NCBI GenBank assembly: GCA_963822305.1
Contig: CAWGHF010000026.1
Coordinates: 11,093 to 75,092, forward strand
Reading direction: 5' to 3'
Length of the DNA: 64,000 nt
Source: an uncultured Actinomycetota bacterium
GTDB lineage: Bacteria > Actinomycetota > Actinomycetes > Mycobacteriales > Mycobacteriaceae
The notes under the pieces were generated by a model. It made no database searches. It had not been told where the DNA came from and was given only the letters and a program-made list of their open reading frames with translations. The translations under genes and the position numbers were made by a program. The stretch's first letter is position 1, and every line of letters begins with the position of its first letter. Shown piece by piece: positions 44,355-56,452 of the stretch.

Positions 44355-44588
44355 TCACGCCTCGTGATCGCCGCTGTGCTCGTCCTTCAACACTTTGCCG
44401 TCGTGTCGAACCGTTCGTATGCGAATGGATCCGTCGTGGTAAACATGGCGGGTCTCGCGGCAGCCGCATGAGAACCTGACGTCGTCGTAGTCGAGGCCGT
44501 CATCGTCACCCTCGACATGGTGATCGCCATCTTTCATGTGCCCGCAGGGCGCCTTTTGCTTAGTGAAGTGCGTCGTGGTCGCTACCAT
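44355..44588 (-). CDS. Small Cys/His-rich hypothetical protein upstream of frdA
   Basis: CGH...CGCRETRHVYHDG...DEHSGDHEA; 77 aa, stop 7 bp before the frdA start. Confidence 0.65.
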   Translation of the reverse strand: MVATTTHFTKQKAPCGHMKDGDHHVEGDDDGLDYDDVRFSCGCRETRHVYHDGSIRIRTVRHDGKVLKDEHSGDHEA

Positions 44589-44857
44589 CGTCCGGCCTCC
44601 GCGGCTGTCAGGCGGGTGATCCAGATCACATTCAGAATATGCCTGGACAAGACCGCGCGTCCACCGTTCACCGGCGCCGAGACACCGTTGACAGGTGTCC
44701 CGGGACGCCGTTCTAAATGGGGGTCTGTTTTCGGGGAGTTTTCCGCATTTGACAGGACATCCCGACGTCGGCTCGCGATCTGGCAAAAGGCGGCTCCCGG
44801 TACCCGCAAATGGGGTTACTGTCGAGTAACAGCTCCGCCCACGTTGGGAGGTCCGCC

Positions 44858-46755
44858 ATGGCCGTCAGCGAACAAGTCAGCGAGCAACAGGCCAGGCAGG
44901 TCGCCGAACAGGCGCGAGAGACGCAGTGGCGCCAGCCGAGTTTCGGCAAGGAATTGTTCCTCGGCCGTTTGCGGTTGGACCTCGTTCATCCGCACCCCAG
45001 CGGGTCGGCGGAGGCTGCGAAGCGTGGCGAGGCGTTCCTGGACAAGCTGCGCGATTTCTGCGAGTCGCAGATCGATGCCGCTGTGATCGAACGCGACGCG
45101 CAGATTCCCGACAAGGTCGTCCGCGGCTTGAAGGAACTCGGCGCGTTCGGCATGAAGATTGCCACCGAGTACGGCGGGGTCGGGCTGTCACAGGTGTACT
45201 ACAACAAGGCGCTCGCACTCGTCGGCTCGGTGCATCCGTCATTGGGCGCGTTGCTTTCCGCGCACCAATCGATCGGCGTACCGCAGCCGATCACATATGT
45301 TCGGCACCGAGGAACAGAAGCGAACATGGCTGCCCCGGTGTACCCAGGAGATCAGCGCCTTCCTGCTCACCGAGCCGGACGTGGGCAGCGATCCAGCCCG
45401 GCTGCACGCCACCGCCACACCCTGATGGCGATGACTATGTGCTGAACGGTGTCAAGCTGTGGACCACCAACGGCGTGATCGCCGACCTGCTGGTGGTGAT
45501 GGCCCAGGTACCCAAGAGCGAGGGGCACCGGGGTGGGATCTCCGCATTCGTGGTGGAAGCGGACGCACCGGGCATCGTGGTGGAGAACCGCAACGCGTTC
45601 ATGGGGTTGCGCGGCATCGAAAACGGGCTCACCCGGTTGACCAACGTGCGGGTACCGGCCGCGAACCGGATCGGCCGGGAAGGCGACGGGCTGCGGATCG
45701 CACTGTCCACGCTGAACGTGGGGCGGTTGTCGCTGCCGGCGGTGTGTACCGGAGTCGATGAAATGGTGTTTGAAGATCGCCAGGGAGTGGTCTCGAGAGC
45801 GGGTGCAATGGGGCCGGCCGCTCGGCGAGCACGAAGCGGTGGCTGGAAAGGTCGCGTTCATCGCGGCCACCACCTACGGGCTGGAGGCGATGCTCGAGCT
45901 TGCCAGTGAGTTGGCCGACGCCGGCCAAACCGACATACGGATCGAGGCAGCGCTGGCCAAGCTCTACGGCTCGGAGATGGCCTGGCTGGTCGCCGACGAA
46001 CTGGTACAGATTCGCGGCGGACGCGGCTTTGAGACCGCCGAGTCGCTTGGCCGCCCGCGGCGAGCGAGGGGTGCCCGCCGAGCAGGTGCTGCGCGACTTG
46101 CGCATCAACCGGATCTTCGAAGGCTCCACCGAGATCATGCATCTGATGATCGCCCGCGAGGCGGTAGACGCGCATCTGTCGGTGGCCGGCGACATCATCG
46201 ACCCGCAGGCCGACACCCGGCGCAAGGTGAAGGCGGCCGCGAAGGCCGGCAAGTTCTATGCCCGCTGGCTGCCGACCTTGGTAACCGGCAAGGGCCAGCT
46301 TCCCACGTCGTTCACCGAGTTCGGACCGCTGGCGGGGCATCTGCGCTATGTCGAACGGGCCAGCCGCCGGCTTGGCGCGAAGCACCTTCTACGGGATGTC
46401 GCGGTGGCAGGGCAGGCTCGAGCACAAGCAGCGGTTCCTGGCGAGGATCGTGGATATCGGCGCGGAGCTGTTCGCGATGACCGCCGCCTGCGTCCGGGCA
46501 CAGCGTGACCGGGCGGACCATACCGCCGTCGAGCTCGCCGACGCGTTCTGCCGTCAGGCGCGGGTTCGGGCCGAGCAGCGGTTCGACCAGCTTTGGCATA
46601 ACTGCGACGACTCCGACGTCACGCTGGCTCGGGGCGTGTTGAGCGATCGCTACACCTGGCTCGAAGAGGGGATCCTCGACCCGTCGATCGAGGGGCCGTG
46701 GATCGCTCAGGAGGGCGGCGTCGACAAATCCGATGTGCACCGTTCCATACGCTGA
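44858..46755 (+). CDS. Long acyl-CoA dehydrogenase (FadE10-like); about 5 frameshifts
   Basis: [50 protein letters not shown] in successive frames. Confidence 0.82.
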
Positions 46756-46844
46756 TCTGTCGCTGAGAGGTGGGCACTCGGAAGGATCCGACATGACGGC
46801 AGCAGGCCCCGCCCGGATCGCGCGTCACGACGACACATCGCCCC

Positions 46845-46987
46845 CTTGGTGCTACTACGGGCGATGGCTGGGCGTGCTGGAGGATGTGCTGGCCGGCTGG
46901 GGCGCCGTTTGCGGGGACCACGACGTCACTGCTCGGGCCAGGGCACTGGCGCAGCGGCCGGCCGGTCACGATCACGCGCAGCGATGA
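46845..46987 (+). pseudogene. Nitrile hydratase accessory-protein-like C-terminal fragment
   Basis: WCYYGRWLGVLEDVLA...ARARALAQRPAGHDH resembles the NHase beta-like accessory tail (from memory). Confidence 0.45.
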
Positions 46988-47304
46988 CTGCGCCAGTGCG
47001 GCCCATCCTGGTGACCGGTGCGACCGGTCGGATGGGTGGCACCGGCCGCCATGTCGCCGCCGAACTCGTGAAACGCGGTCTGCCTGTCAGAGCGCTGGTC
47101 CGCCGGATCGATGAGCGATCAGAAGCGTTGCAGGCCATGGGAATCCATGTGGTCGTCGGTGACTTCGCCGACTATGGCAGCCTGCTGGCCGCGCTGGAGA
47201 GCGTTGAGGCCGCGTACTTCAGCTATCCTGTCGATGCCGGACTTACGGAAGCCGCGGGGCTTTTCGCGGCCGCAGGGCGCGAGCGGGACCTACAGCTTGT
47301 GGTG
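46984..47304 (+). pseudogene. NmrA-family protein truncated at the att arm
   Basis: ILVTGATGRMGGTG...AYFSYP, cut where repeat C begins. Confidence 0.75.
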
Positions 47305-47305
47305 G

Positions 47306-47541
47306 GTCCCAGCAGCCAGGGATTTATGCTGGTCTCTCGCAAACCTCCGCAAGTCAACCGATAGTCAGTGCAAGTTCGTTCGCCGCCCCTGAGAGACGTT
47401 GCGCCGCAACGAGAATCTGGGTCAGCCCAAGCTCGCTACCAGCCTCGACGCCAGTTAGCTGACCTTCGCCGCAAACGCCGGGGATGGACTGTAAATCCGT
47501 CGGCTAACGCCTACACAGGTTCGAATCCTGTACCTGCCACC
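47306..47541 (+). repeat. att site C: conserved arm plus tRNA-Tyr 3' half (47486-47541)
   Basis: Homologous to sites A and B; tRNA allele matches site A. Confidence 0.9.
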
Positions 47542-47542
47542 C

Positions 47543-47755
47543 TGTGATGTGTCAAGACATAGGAATAGCTCTGAACCTGCGTTTCGGGTTCAGGGCTTTT
47601 TCTTTGGGCGGCCGCAGGGCACGCCGCGGGGTTGATAGTCCCTGGTCGGGTCGATGGTTAGCTCGCGGATCAGTTCGCCGGTGGCGGCGTTGATGATCCG
47701 GACGTCGAAGTCTTGAACGAGCATCAAAACGTGGGCTTCTGGACGGTGGGTGAGC
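47543..47755 (-). mobile_element. IS481-family remnant
   Basis: TGTGATGTGTCAAGACATAGGAATAGCTCTG end and transposase C-terminus, homologous to 8878-9135. Confidence 0.8.
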
Positions 47756-48413
47756 CGGACTCGGCGCTATCCGGAGAAGATCTAGAGCCCTCCCCGATAT
47801 CACCCAGATAATCGCGCAGTGTCACGCGTCCGTCGGCCAGTTGGTAGGTGACACCGGCGATCGCCAACGTCCCCGCGTTCAGCCGCTCGGCGACCGCGGT
47901 TGATCGGCTGCGGAGCTGCGCGGCGGTCTCACTGACATGCCGGGCTTCGAACTCGTCGACGCGGGTCAGACCGTCGCGGCGGCCCAACAGAATGGACGGG
48001 ATCACCCGTTCCACAATGTCGCGCACATACCCGCCGGGCACCACGCCGTCGTCGAGCGCCGACAGGGTGGCCTTCACCGCGCCGCAGCTGTCGTGGCCCA
48101 GCACTACGATCAGCGGCACGTTGAGCACTGTGACGGCGTACTCGATCGAGCCCAGCACCGCCAAGCCCATGACATGCCCGGCGGTGCGCACCACGGTCAT
48201 GTCGCCCAGTCCCTGATCGAAGATGATCTCGGCCGCGACCCTACTGTCGGCGCAGCCGAACACCACGGCGTTGGGTGTCTGCGCGGCGGTTAGGCTGGCC
48301 CGGCACTCGATGCCCTGGCTGGGATGCTGCGGCCTGCCGGCGACGAATCGCTCGTTACCCTCCTTGAGTGCCTTCCACGCCTTCCAGGCCTTCGCCGGAT
48401 TCGAGTTAGGCAT
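47724..48413 (-). CDS. Beta-carbonic anhydrase (CanB/Rv3588c-like), read-through tail into the IS481 remnant
   Basis: LKEGNERF, GCADSRV, LGHDSCGAV zinc ligands. Confidence 0.9.
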   Translation of the reverse strand: MPNSNPAKAWKAWKALKEGNERFVAGRPQHPSQGIECRASLTAAQTPNAVVFGCADSRVAAEIIFDQGLGDMTVVRTAGHVMGLAVLGSIEYAVTVLNVPLIVVLGHDSCGAVKATLSALDDGVVPGGYVRDIVERVIPSILLGRRDGLTRVDEFEARHVSETAAQLRSRSTAVAERLNAGTLAIAGVTYQLADGRVTLRDYLGDIGEGSRSSPDSAESGSPTVQKPTF

Positions 48414-48519
48414 GGTGGACATTGTCCCCCGGCCGGGTGGCGAAGTGCGATGACGGTTGCGGCCGAACTGCTCGGCGGGTATGACATCGCGCGGCGCGAC
48501 CACCGCGGGCTCGTTGTCT

Positions 48520-48670
48520 CCCGCGACGGCACCGTCATTGGCATGCGTCCCGGCGACACCGTGTGGACGCCGCCCGGTGACGAGCGTTGGCATGCCGCCA
48601 CCGCCGACAACATGATGTGCCATCTCGCCATGCTCGAAGGCGTCCCCGGCGGGGATGGAACCGGAACCCG
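48520..48670 (+). pseudogene. Cupin-domain fragment
   Basis: MRPGDTVWTPPGDERWHAATADNMMCHLAMLEG (cupin motif 2); no N-terminus. Confidence 0.6.
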
Positions 48671-48914
48671 TCACCCCACCGTTAGAGGATCTGCACGTCG
48701 GCCCCGCTCCCGACTGACATGCAGATGGCCTGCATCCCGGAGCGGCCTCGGCGCACGACCGGATCATGCTCCTAGCTCCTGCCCTTCTGGCTCGATGACG
48801 AAGCAGAAGGGCGGCAGGGAAGTGCTGCAATGACGAGACGGCCGGCCATCCACCAACAGCCCACGTGAGGAATATCCAGCGCGCGGGGGCGTCGATCCTG
48901 AACGCCCAATGGAC

Positions 48915-51900
48915 TCAGTGACCGAGCGCATCCGCTGTTCGGGCCATCCCACGCTCCACAGCCGCGATGATGCGCGGGCGCAATTCGGCCGCCGGAATGA
49001 TCGAGTGGACCGAACCCACCCGGCGGGCACGCTCCACGTTGTGCACAGCTTCAAATTCCGCTGCCACCTCGCCGAGCTTGTCCGAACGTACGGCAGCCCG
49101 GGCGGCGGCGAGCTTGACCCGCAGGCTGGCGCTCGCCGAGTCGTCGGTGCAAGCGGCGAGCAACGCTTCGACCTCGCGCACGGCCGGGTCTGCTGCGGTA
49201 CGTGCATTCACGTCCCGGGTGAACACCACCGCTGCGGCGGGTGCACCGCCGATGACCGAGGAGAACGATCCCTCGACTGCAAGCACTTCCATGTTCTCGT
49301 TCAGCGCGTTGGAGAACACCACGAAAGCGCCGCCGTGATAGCGCGAGACCACGCAGAACACGATCGGTCCGTCGAAGTTGACGATGGCTCGGCCGATTTC
49401 GGCGCCGTTCTCGAGCTGGATGTTGCGGAGGGACTCAGGTGAACCGTCGAAGCCCGACAGGTTCGCCAGCACCACAAGGGGTCGGTTACCGCTTGCGGCG
49501 TTGATGGCGCGCGCGGTCTTCTTCGACGACTGCGGAAATAACGTCCCCGACGTCCATTGGTCCGGCCCGTCGGCCGGGACCCATCCCTTACGCGGCACGA
49601 CCCGCGATTCAATGCCGATGACGCACACCGGAATTCCGGCCATGTGCGCATCGAACACCACTGAGGTGTCGGCGTCGGCCATGTCGGCCCACCGCTCGAG
49701 CACCGGATGATCCTGGTCGACCACTGAGCGCATGACCGTCCGAATGTCGAACGGCTTCTTGCGGTCTTTGTTGGTGCTCGCCGAGAAGATGTCGCCGACA
49801 GTGGTGAATGTCGCTGGACGGATGTACGTGCGGGAAGGTGCGAACGTCGCGGTCCACCGGGTCGGAAGTGTCGGCGCGGCGCGGAAAGCGTTCTCCCGGT
49901 GCGACATAGGCGTGTTCGTAGTGTGCGAAGAGGATGTCGCACGCTATCTGCAGGTTCGGCGCCCAGTACTGAGCTTGACCGTTGCGTCCCATCACGCGGT
50001 CATAGCCGCCGATGCCGAAGTTGTCCTCCGCCGAGACCCCACCGGAGTAATCGAGGGACTGCTTGCCGGTGAGCACCATCGCGCTGTCGGGGGTCATGAC
50101 CAGAATGCCCTTGGTGTGCATCAGCATCGTCGCTTCGGCATTCCAGTACGGCTGCGCGCCGACGTTGATGCCCGCGACGATGACGTTGATCTCACCGCCA
50201 TTCTGGGTGAACGTGATGATCCGGCGAAGAGCGCGGGACACCCAGTCCATGTTCTCGGTTCCACTATCCATCGAAATGGTGGCCCCGGAGGATAACGCGA
50301 ACCACTCGACCGGTACCGACAGCTTTTCCGCTAAATCGATCGCCGCGACTACGCGAGCGCATTCCGCTTCGGCCACCGTGCCCAGCGCTTTCGTCGGGTC
50401 ACCGAACAGGGCGATACGCGTCATTCCCTCGGGGTAGCGAGTGGTCGGTAGTGACACTTGGCCGACGATGATGCCGGCCGTGTTGCGTCCGTACGGACGA
50501 TCCACGGGTACAAACGCGCCAGCCGCGTCGAAGTCGTATTCGACGAAGCTGCCCTTATCGCCGGTGAGAAGTGGGATCAGCTCATACGGGTAGACCGTGC
50601 TGCGGGCTTGTGAGCGCTGCACCTTCTGTGTGTACTCGTCGAGTGGGCGCAACGGCTCGGTCGGGGGCGCCGTCACATTCGCGACGATTCCGGCGCCCGC
50701 GCTGTATGCGAAGCGAATCGCCACGCGGCTGGGCTGCGACGTCCGCTCGTCGTTGATGCCTGCCAGGATCGTGATGTCTTCTATCCCGGCGTTGACCGTC
50801 AGCGGTGCTATCCGTCGCGCGATCGCCCGCAGTCGGTCTGCGGGGATGTCGAGCACCGGCCACACGTACAGCACGACCCGGTTGGCGTCGAGCCGCTTCT
50901 TGCCCCGCTCGGCCTGCGCACGGCGGATGCCGTCGAGACACGCGGCGAGGGTGCGCTCAATGGCCGGGACCGCGACCACCTCGCCGTCCTCGTTCAGTTG
51001 GGTTGTCACGTCGCGAACCTCGGCCAGCGCTACGAGGCGCTCATCGGACTGATTCTCTCTGGCCACCACGTGGAAGAGGTACGTCCCTGCGGCGGCGGGT
51101 AAGCGAGTGCCGTCGAAGTTCTTGAGCCGCCACAGATCGAGGCGTTGCCCGGTGAGCGGGTGCATGTCGCGGATCGTCAGGTCCTCCGCCACGCCCGCGC
51201 CGTCCGGACGGAACGTCACCTGATGCAGGTCGCGGCCGACGACTGTCACGGTCACGCGGCGCCACTCACTCACGCTGGGGTGCGCGGCAAGCACATCACG
51301 CAACCCGGCAGACAGTTCGTCGCCGTCGGTGGGAGCGTCCGGCCAGGACAGATAGATGTCGACAACGACGTTGTCAGCGTTGAGTCCGGCGATGGAGTCG
51401 ACCGCGCGCAGCGTTGTCGACAACCGCTCGCGGTCGGTCACAGTCGATACGAGATGTAGCCGCTTGCCTGCCAATTCGTAACTGCCGGTGACGAACTGGC
51501 CACCGTCCTGTTGGAAGGCCCTGATGTCTTCGAGCGCGCGGATCTCGTAGTACCGACGCGTGACCACCTCGAGCAGCGCGCCGGGACTGGAAATGCGCTC
51601 TGCCAGCAGGTCGATCAATAGCTCCGGCGTGGCGATAAGGGCGTCGATGCGTGCCGCGTAGTCCGGCGCGTCGGGATTGTCGGCCAGATATTGCAGGGCT
51701 TCGCGCACGCCGTCGTAGATATGCTCGCGTGCGTTGCGGATCGCCGGCTCGTCGAACAAGCGGAAGCGCAGGTTACGCGCGATGTCGCCGATCACCGGGT
51801 AACGCACCTGCGTCGCCACGATCAGCCGATCGAGGACGTCGCCCACTGCACTTGTCGAAGCGGATTCGACATCGTCGGCGTTGAGCCAGCGGCCCAGCAG

Positions 51901-54414
51901 CGCGCTGATCACCGGTACCTGGTTCTCCATACGCTGCAACGCGAGGAACAGTCGGTAGACCGCTTCTTCCAACTCCGGTCCGGGTTCGAGACTATCGACG
52001 TCGTAGTTGCGCAGCGCCTGGGCGATCTTGGTGCGAAACGCCTTCGGCAGCCCCTCCACATCGGCGTCGAGGGAATGCAGGAACGAATGGAAGTACTCGC
52101 GTGGGCTGTGGACGCTCTCATCGGAGCTCTCTTCGTCCAGCGTCGGACGGTTGCGGGAAAGCTCGCAGATGTCGGCGAAGGTGCCCAGCAGTTCGAGTTC
52201 GGCCTCGACGAGCTCTGTGTCGTCGCGCGGCAGGCGGCCACGAAGGGCGTCGTACTCCGCAAGCAGGATGCGCGCGCGGCCGGCGCTCACGTCGTAACCA
52301 GTGATCAGGGCACGCAGCTCGCCGAGCCGCGCCAACGCCTCCGCGCGCGGGTCCGCGTCCTCGTGCCTCGGTTGGCTACGGAACCGAACTCGCGGCGCGG
52401 CTTCAGCCGCCGTACTCTCGCCGAGAGGATCGAAGCGCAGCAGTGCAGCACCCGCATCGACCTGACCGTTGACGACGGCATACACCTCACGAACCCGTCC
52501 CGCGGACGGTGCGCGCACGGCGGTTTCCATCTTCATGGCTTCCAGCACCACCAGAGTGGCACCGACCTCGACCTCGTCGCCCACGGCCACCGGCAGAGCG
52601 ACGACCACGGCTGGAGACGAGGCGCGGACCAGACCGGCTTCGTCCTGGCTGATGCGGTGAGTTATGCCGTCCACCTCGACGAGGAATCCCGTGGGGCCCG
52701 CGACCGTGACGATGTGGAAGCGCCGGTCGCCAAGGATGAGGCGACTCTCGAACTCGCCAAGTCGGTCGACGTCGACGACCAATTCGCCGCTATCACCGTC
52801 GACTCGGTAGCTGCGCGGACCGATCTGTCCGACCGTGAGTTTGTATGCCTGGCCCTGGTAGCTGAGTTCAACGGTACGACCGATGGCGTGCGTGGCGCGC
52901 GGTCGACCACCGCGTGCCGAGGCCAGGAAACCGGCACGCTCGACACCCTCCTCGGCTTCGTACGCGTCGACCGCAGCCGCGATGAGCGCGATATCGGCCA
53001 TCGGGGTAGGGCCGGTCGCCGTCCCAGCGTCGGTGCGGTCAAGCCAGCCGGTGTCGGCCGAGGCGGACACGACCTCGTCACGGTCGAGGAGCTCGAGAAG
53101 GAACGACTTGTTCGTAGTCCCTCCGTCGATCACGACCGTGGTCTCACGCAGGGCAGCGCGCAGCCGTGCCAGTGCTTCGCTTCGGTCGCGGCCCCAGGCG
53201 ATGATCTTGGCGACCATCGAGTCGTAGTCGGGCGGGATGACGTCGCCTTGTGCGATGCCGGTGTCGACGCGGATGCCGGAGCCGAGTGGGAACTTCAGCA
53301 GCCGCACGGTCCCCGGCGCGGGTGCGAAGCCATTGTCGGTGTCTTCGGCGTTGAGCCGAGCCTCGACGGCGTGGCCGAACTCGGGGGGGCATTCGCCCGC
53401 GAGAACACCGCCGCTGGCCACGAATATCTGTAGCTTGACCAGGTCGATGCCGGTGGTGACCTCGGTGATCGGGTGCTCGACCTGCAGCCGGGTGTTGACC
53501 TCGAGGAATGTGAAGATCTTCTCCTCCGGCTGATACAGGTATTCGACGGTGCCCGCGCCGCGGTATCCGGCGGCGCGGACAAGTTCGGCCGACACACTGC
53601 GGAGATGGTCGGCCTGATCCTTGGTCAGGAGCGGGGAGCTGGACTCCTCAATCACCTTCTGGTTCCGGCGCTGTATGGAGCAGTCGCGCACCCCCGGCGC
53701 CCAGACATTGCCGTAGTTATCGGCGATGATCTGGACCTCGACGTGGCGGGCATCGGTGACAAGGCGCTCGAGGAACACCACCGGATCGCCAAACGAACGC
53801 TCGGCTTCGCCCTGCGTGCGCTCAAGTGCGACCTCGAGTTCGTCGGGGGCGAACACCTTGCGGATACCGCGGCCGCCGCCACCACTGCGGGCCTTAATGA
53901 TTAGCGGGTAGCCGATGGCCTCCGCGTGGCGTCGGGCGTCCTCGCGGGTCGCGACGGGGCCACCGCTCCACGGTGCGAGCGGAACGTGCACCTTCTCCGC
54001 CAGCAATTTGGCCTCGACCTTGTCGCCCAGAGCCGCCATCGCGGCGGGGGGCGGCCCGATGAACGTGAGTTCCATGCGCCCGCAGAGTTCGGCGAACGCG
54101 ATGTCTTCGGCGACGAAACCCCAGCCCACCCACACCGCGTCGGCCCTGGATTCCCGCAGAGCGCGTTCTAGCTCGGCGTGGTCGAGGTAGACGATGCCGC
54201 CCGAGGTACTGCAGAGCGTCACCGCCTCGTCAGCCTGGCGCACGAACATGGCCCGGCGCTCGGCGTCGGTATGCAGAGCAATGGTCTTTATGCCGCAGTC
54301 GTATTCGGCGTTCAATTCTCGAACGGCCCGAATCAGGCGTACCGCGGCCTCACCCCGGTTGACCACTGCAATTCGACTGGGAAACGTGACCGTCAACGGG
54401 TCGGCGTCCGACAT
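48915..54414 (-). CDS. Single-chain multidomain acyl-CoA carboxylase (BC-BCCP-central-CT, ~1830 aa); frameshift near 49811
   Basis: NRGEAA, GGGGRG, RDCSIQRRNQK, EVNTRLQVEHP (BC); EAMKM biotin Lys; ANLSGFDGS and SRYHGGAFVV (CT). Frames join at HPSSD/FTTVGDIF. Confidence 0.9.
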
Positions 54415-54727
54415 TCGCTCAGTGTATGGCGGGATGAAACCACTGAACGCACAGCTGAGCGGGTTTCCACTGAGCGGATTCGGGCACGCCCTATCTTCGC
54501 CGCCGGAGGCCAGGTATCAGAGGCGACAAGACAACTTGTTGTAGCGTTCAAAGCAGAATCAGGGCCCCTTATCGGACGCGGCTCATGTTTCGCAGAAGTC
54601 GTGGTCGGTCGGTGCACTCGGCCCGGTCGACCGGACATTCACCTGTCGCCGACTTCGCCACCGCAGACTGGTTCGCACAGGAGCCGGCGAGGAACTCGTT
54701 ACTTCGCGCCGAACCCCAGGAGGGCCC

Positions 54728-56452
54728 ATGACGTCATCAGATGTGCCAGCACGCTCGACTTCGCCTGCAGTGCAAGATCTGCTGGGGATCGCCGAGAATG
54801 TCACCTTCGCGGCCGATCCGGCCGGCCTGATGAGGGACCTCCTGGCCGCCGCCGGGATGACGCTGAGAAATCCGGCCGGAATTATCGCTGCCAATGCACG
54901 CCTGTTCTGGGGTTATCTGGGGGCCTACCGGGCTGCCGCCGAACGCGCGATCGGCCTTGACAATCCCGGTCCCATCGCGATCGACCGCGGCGACAAGCGC
55001 TTCGCCGATCCGGCCTATCGGGAGAATCCGGCGTACATTCTGCTGGCTCAGCAGTATTTGATGTTCAGCCGGTTTGTCGACGACCTGCTCGACGCCGCGG
55101 AAGTGAGGGGAACGAGAGAAGCGAAGGCCCGCTTCGCCGCCACGTTTCTTATCGGGGCGCTCGCCCCGACGAACACTCTGGCCGGTAACCCCGCGGCGGT
55201 CCGCAAGGCATTCGACACCGGCGGCAAGAGCATCGGCAGGGGTCTCAAGAACTGGGTGCACGATCTTCGCCGCAACGGTGGATGGCCGTCGCAAGTCGAC
55301 AGCTCCGGATTCGAGGTCGGCGTCAATATGGCCGCCACGCCGGGAAGCGTCGTCTACCGCAGCGACCTCATCGAGTTAATCCAGTACTCGCCACAGACTC
55401 CGAATACGCACGCGGCTCCGTTGCTCTTCTGCCCGCCCTGGATCAATAAGTTCTACATCATGGATCTGGCACCAGGGAAAAGTCTTATCGAGTGGGCCGT
55501 GCAACACGGACATACGTGTTTTGCGATCAGTTACCGCAATCCCGATAAGTCGATGAGCGGACTCGGATTCCGCGACTACCTCTTCCAAGGACCGCTGGAC
55601 GCCGTGGGAGTCGTGAAAGATATCACCGGTGCACCCGCGGTGAACACCGTATCGGTTTGCCTGGGTGGGACGCTCACCGCACTGGGTCTGGCCCTTAACG
55701 CGGCACGCGGTGACAACTCCATCAAATCGGCGACATTCCTCAACACCCATACCGATTTCACCCAGCCGGGCTTGCTCGGCACGTTCACCGACGAGGCGAC
55801 GGTCGTGGGACTTGAGAAGGAGATGGAGAAGACGGGCTTCCTGGACTCGGCGACCATGGCACGAACCTTCAGTGCGTTGCGGCCAAACGACCTGATCTTC
55901 CAATACCTGGTGAACAATTGGCTGCTCGGAAACAACCCACCGGCGTTCGACCTGCTGGCCTGGAACGAAGACTCGACCCGTATGCCGGCCCGGATGCATT
56001 CGGAGTATTTGCGCTCGTGCTATCTGCGCAACGAATTTGCCCGAGGTGAATTCGAAATCGACGGCGACCGTCTAGACCCGGGCCTTGTCGGCATCGACAG
56101 TTACGTGCTGTCGGCTGTGGGTGACCATGTGGTGCCGTGGACATCGGGCTATAAGACCACACAGCTGCTAGGTGGGGAGAGCAGGTTTGTTCTGAGTTCT
56201 TCCGGCCATATAGCCGGCATCGTCAATCCGCCCAATCCGAAGGCCAAGCATTGGGTGAACGACAGCCTTCCCGCCGACCCGTTGGAATGGAAGGCGGACG
56301 CACAATTAGTGGACGCCACCTGGTGGCAGGACTGGACTGCGTGGATCGCCGAACGGGGCGGGGAAATGATTCCCGCGCCCGATCGCCTGGGCAACGACGA
56401 CTATCCGCCGATTGAGAAAGCTCCCGGCCGTTACGTGCGGGCCACCGCATGA
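54728..56452 (+). CDS. phaC: Class I polyhydroxyalkanoate synthase
   Basis: PhaC_N region (PTN...NP), FEVGVNMAATPG, PPWINKFYIMDL, lipase box SVCLGG (Cys), GDHVVPW (Asp), SSGHIAG (His). Confidence 0.93.
   Translation: MTSSDVPARSTSPAVQDLLGIAENVTFAADPAGLMRDLLAAAGMTLRNPAGIIAANARLFWGYLGAYRAAAERAIGLDNPGPIAIDRGDKRFADPAYRENPAYILLAQQYLMFSRFVDDLLDAAEVRGTREAKARFAATFLIGALAPTNTLAGNPAAVRKAFDTGGKSIGRGLKNWVHDLRRNGGWPSQVDSSGFEVGVNMAATPGSVVYRSDLIELIQYSPQTPNTHAAPLLFCPPWINKFYIMDLAPGKSLIEWAVQHGHTCFAISYRNPDKSMSGLGFRDYLFQGPLDAVGVVKDITGAPAVNTVSVCLGGTLTALGLALNAARGDNSIKSATFLNTHTDFTQPGLLGTFTDEATVVGLEKEMEKTGFLDSATMARTFSALRPNDLIFQYLVNNWLLGNNPPAFDLLAWNEDSTRMPARMHSEYLRSCYLRNEFARGEFEIDGDRLDPGLVGIDSYVLSAVGDHVVPWTSGYKTTQLLGGESRFVLSSSGHIAGIVNPPNPKAKHWVNDSLPADPLEWKADAQLVDATWWQDWTAWIAERGGEMIPAPDRLGNDDYPPIEKAPGRYVRATA

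Larger units (their letters stand above)
32812..47541. mobile_element. tRNA-Tyr genomic island 3 (~14.7 kb): redox-response genes, frdABCD, gene stubs
   Basis: Bounded by att sites B and C. Confidence 0.75.
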
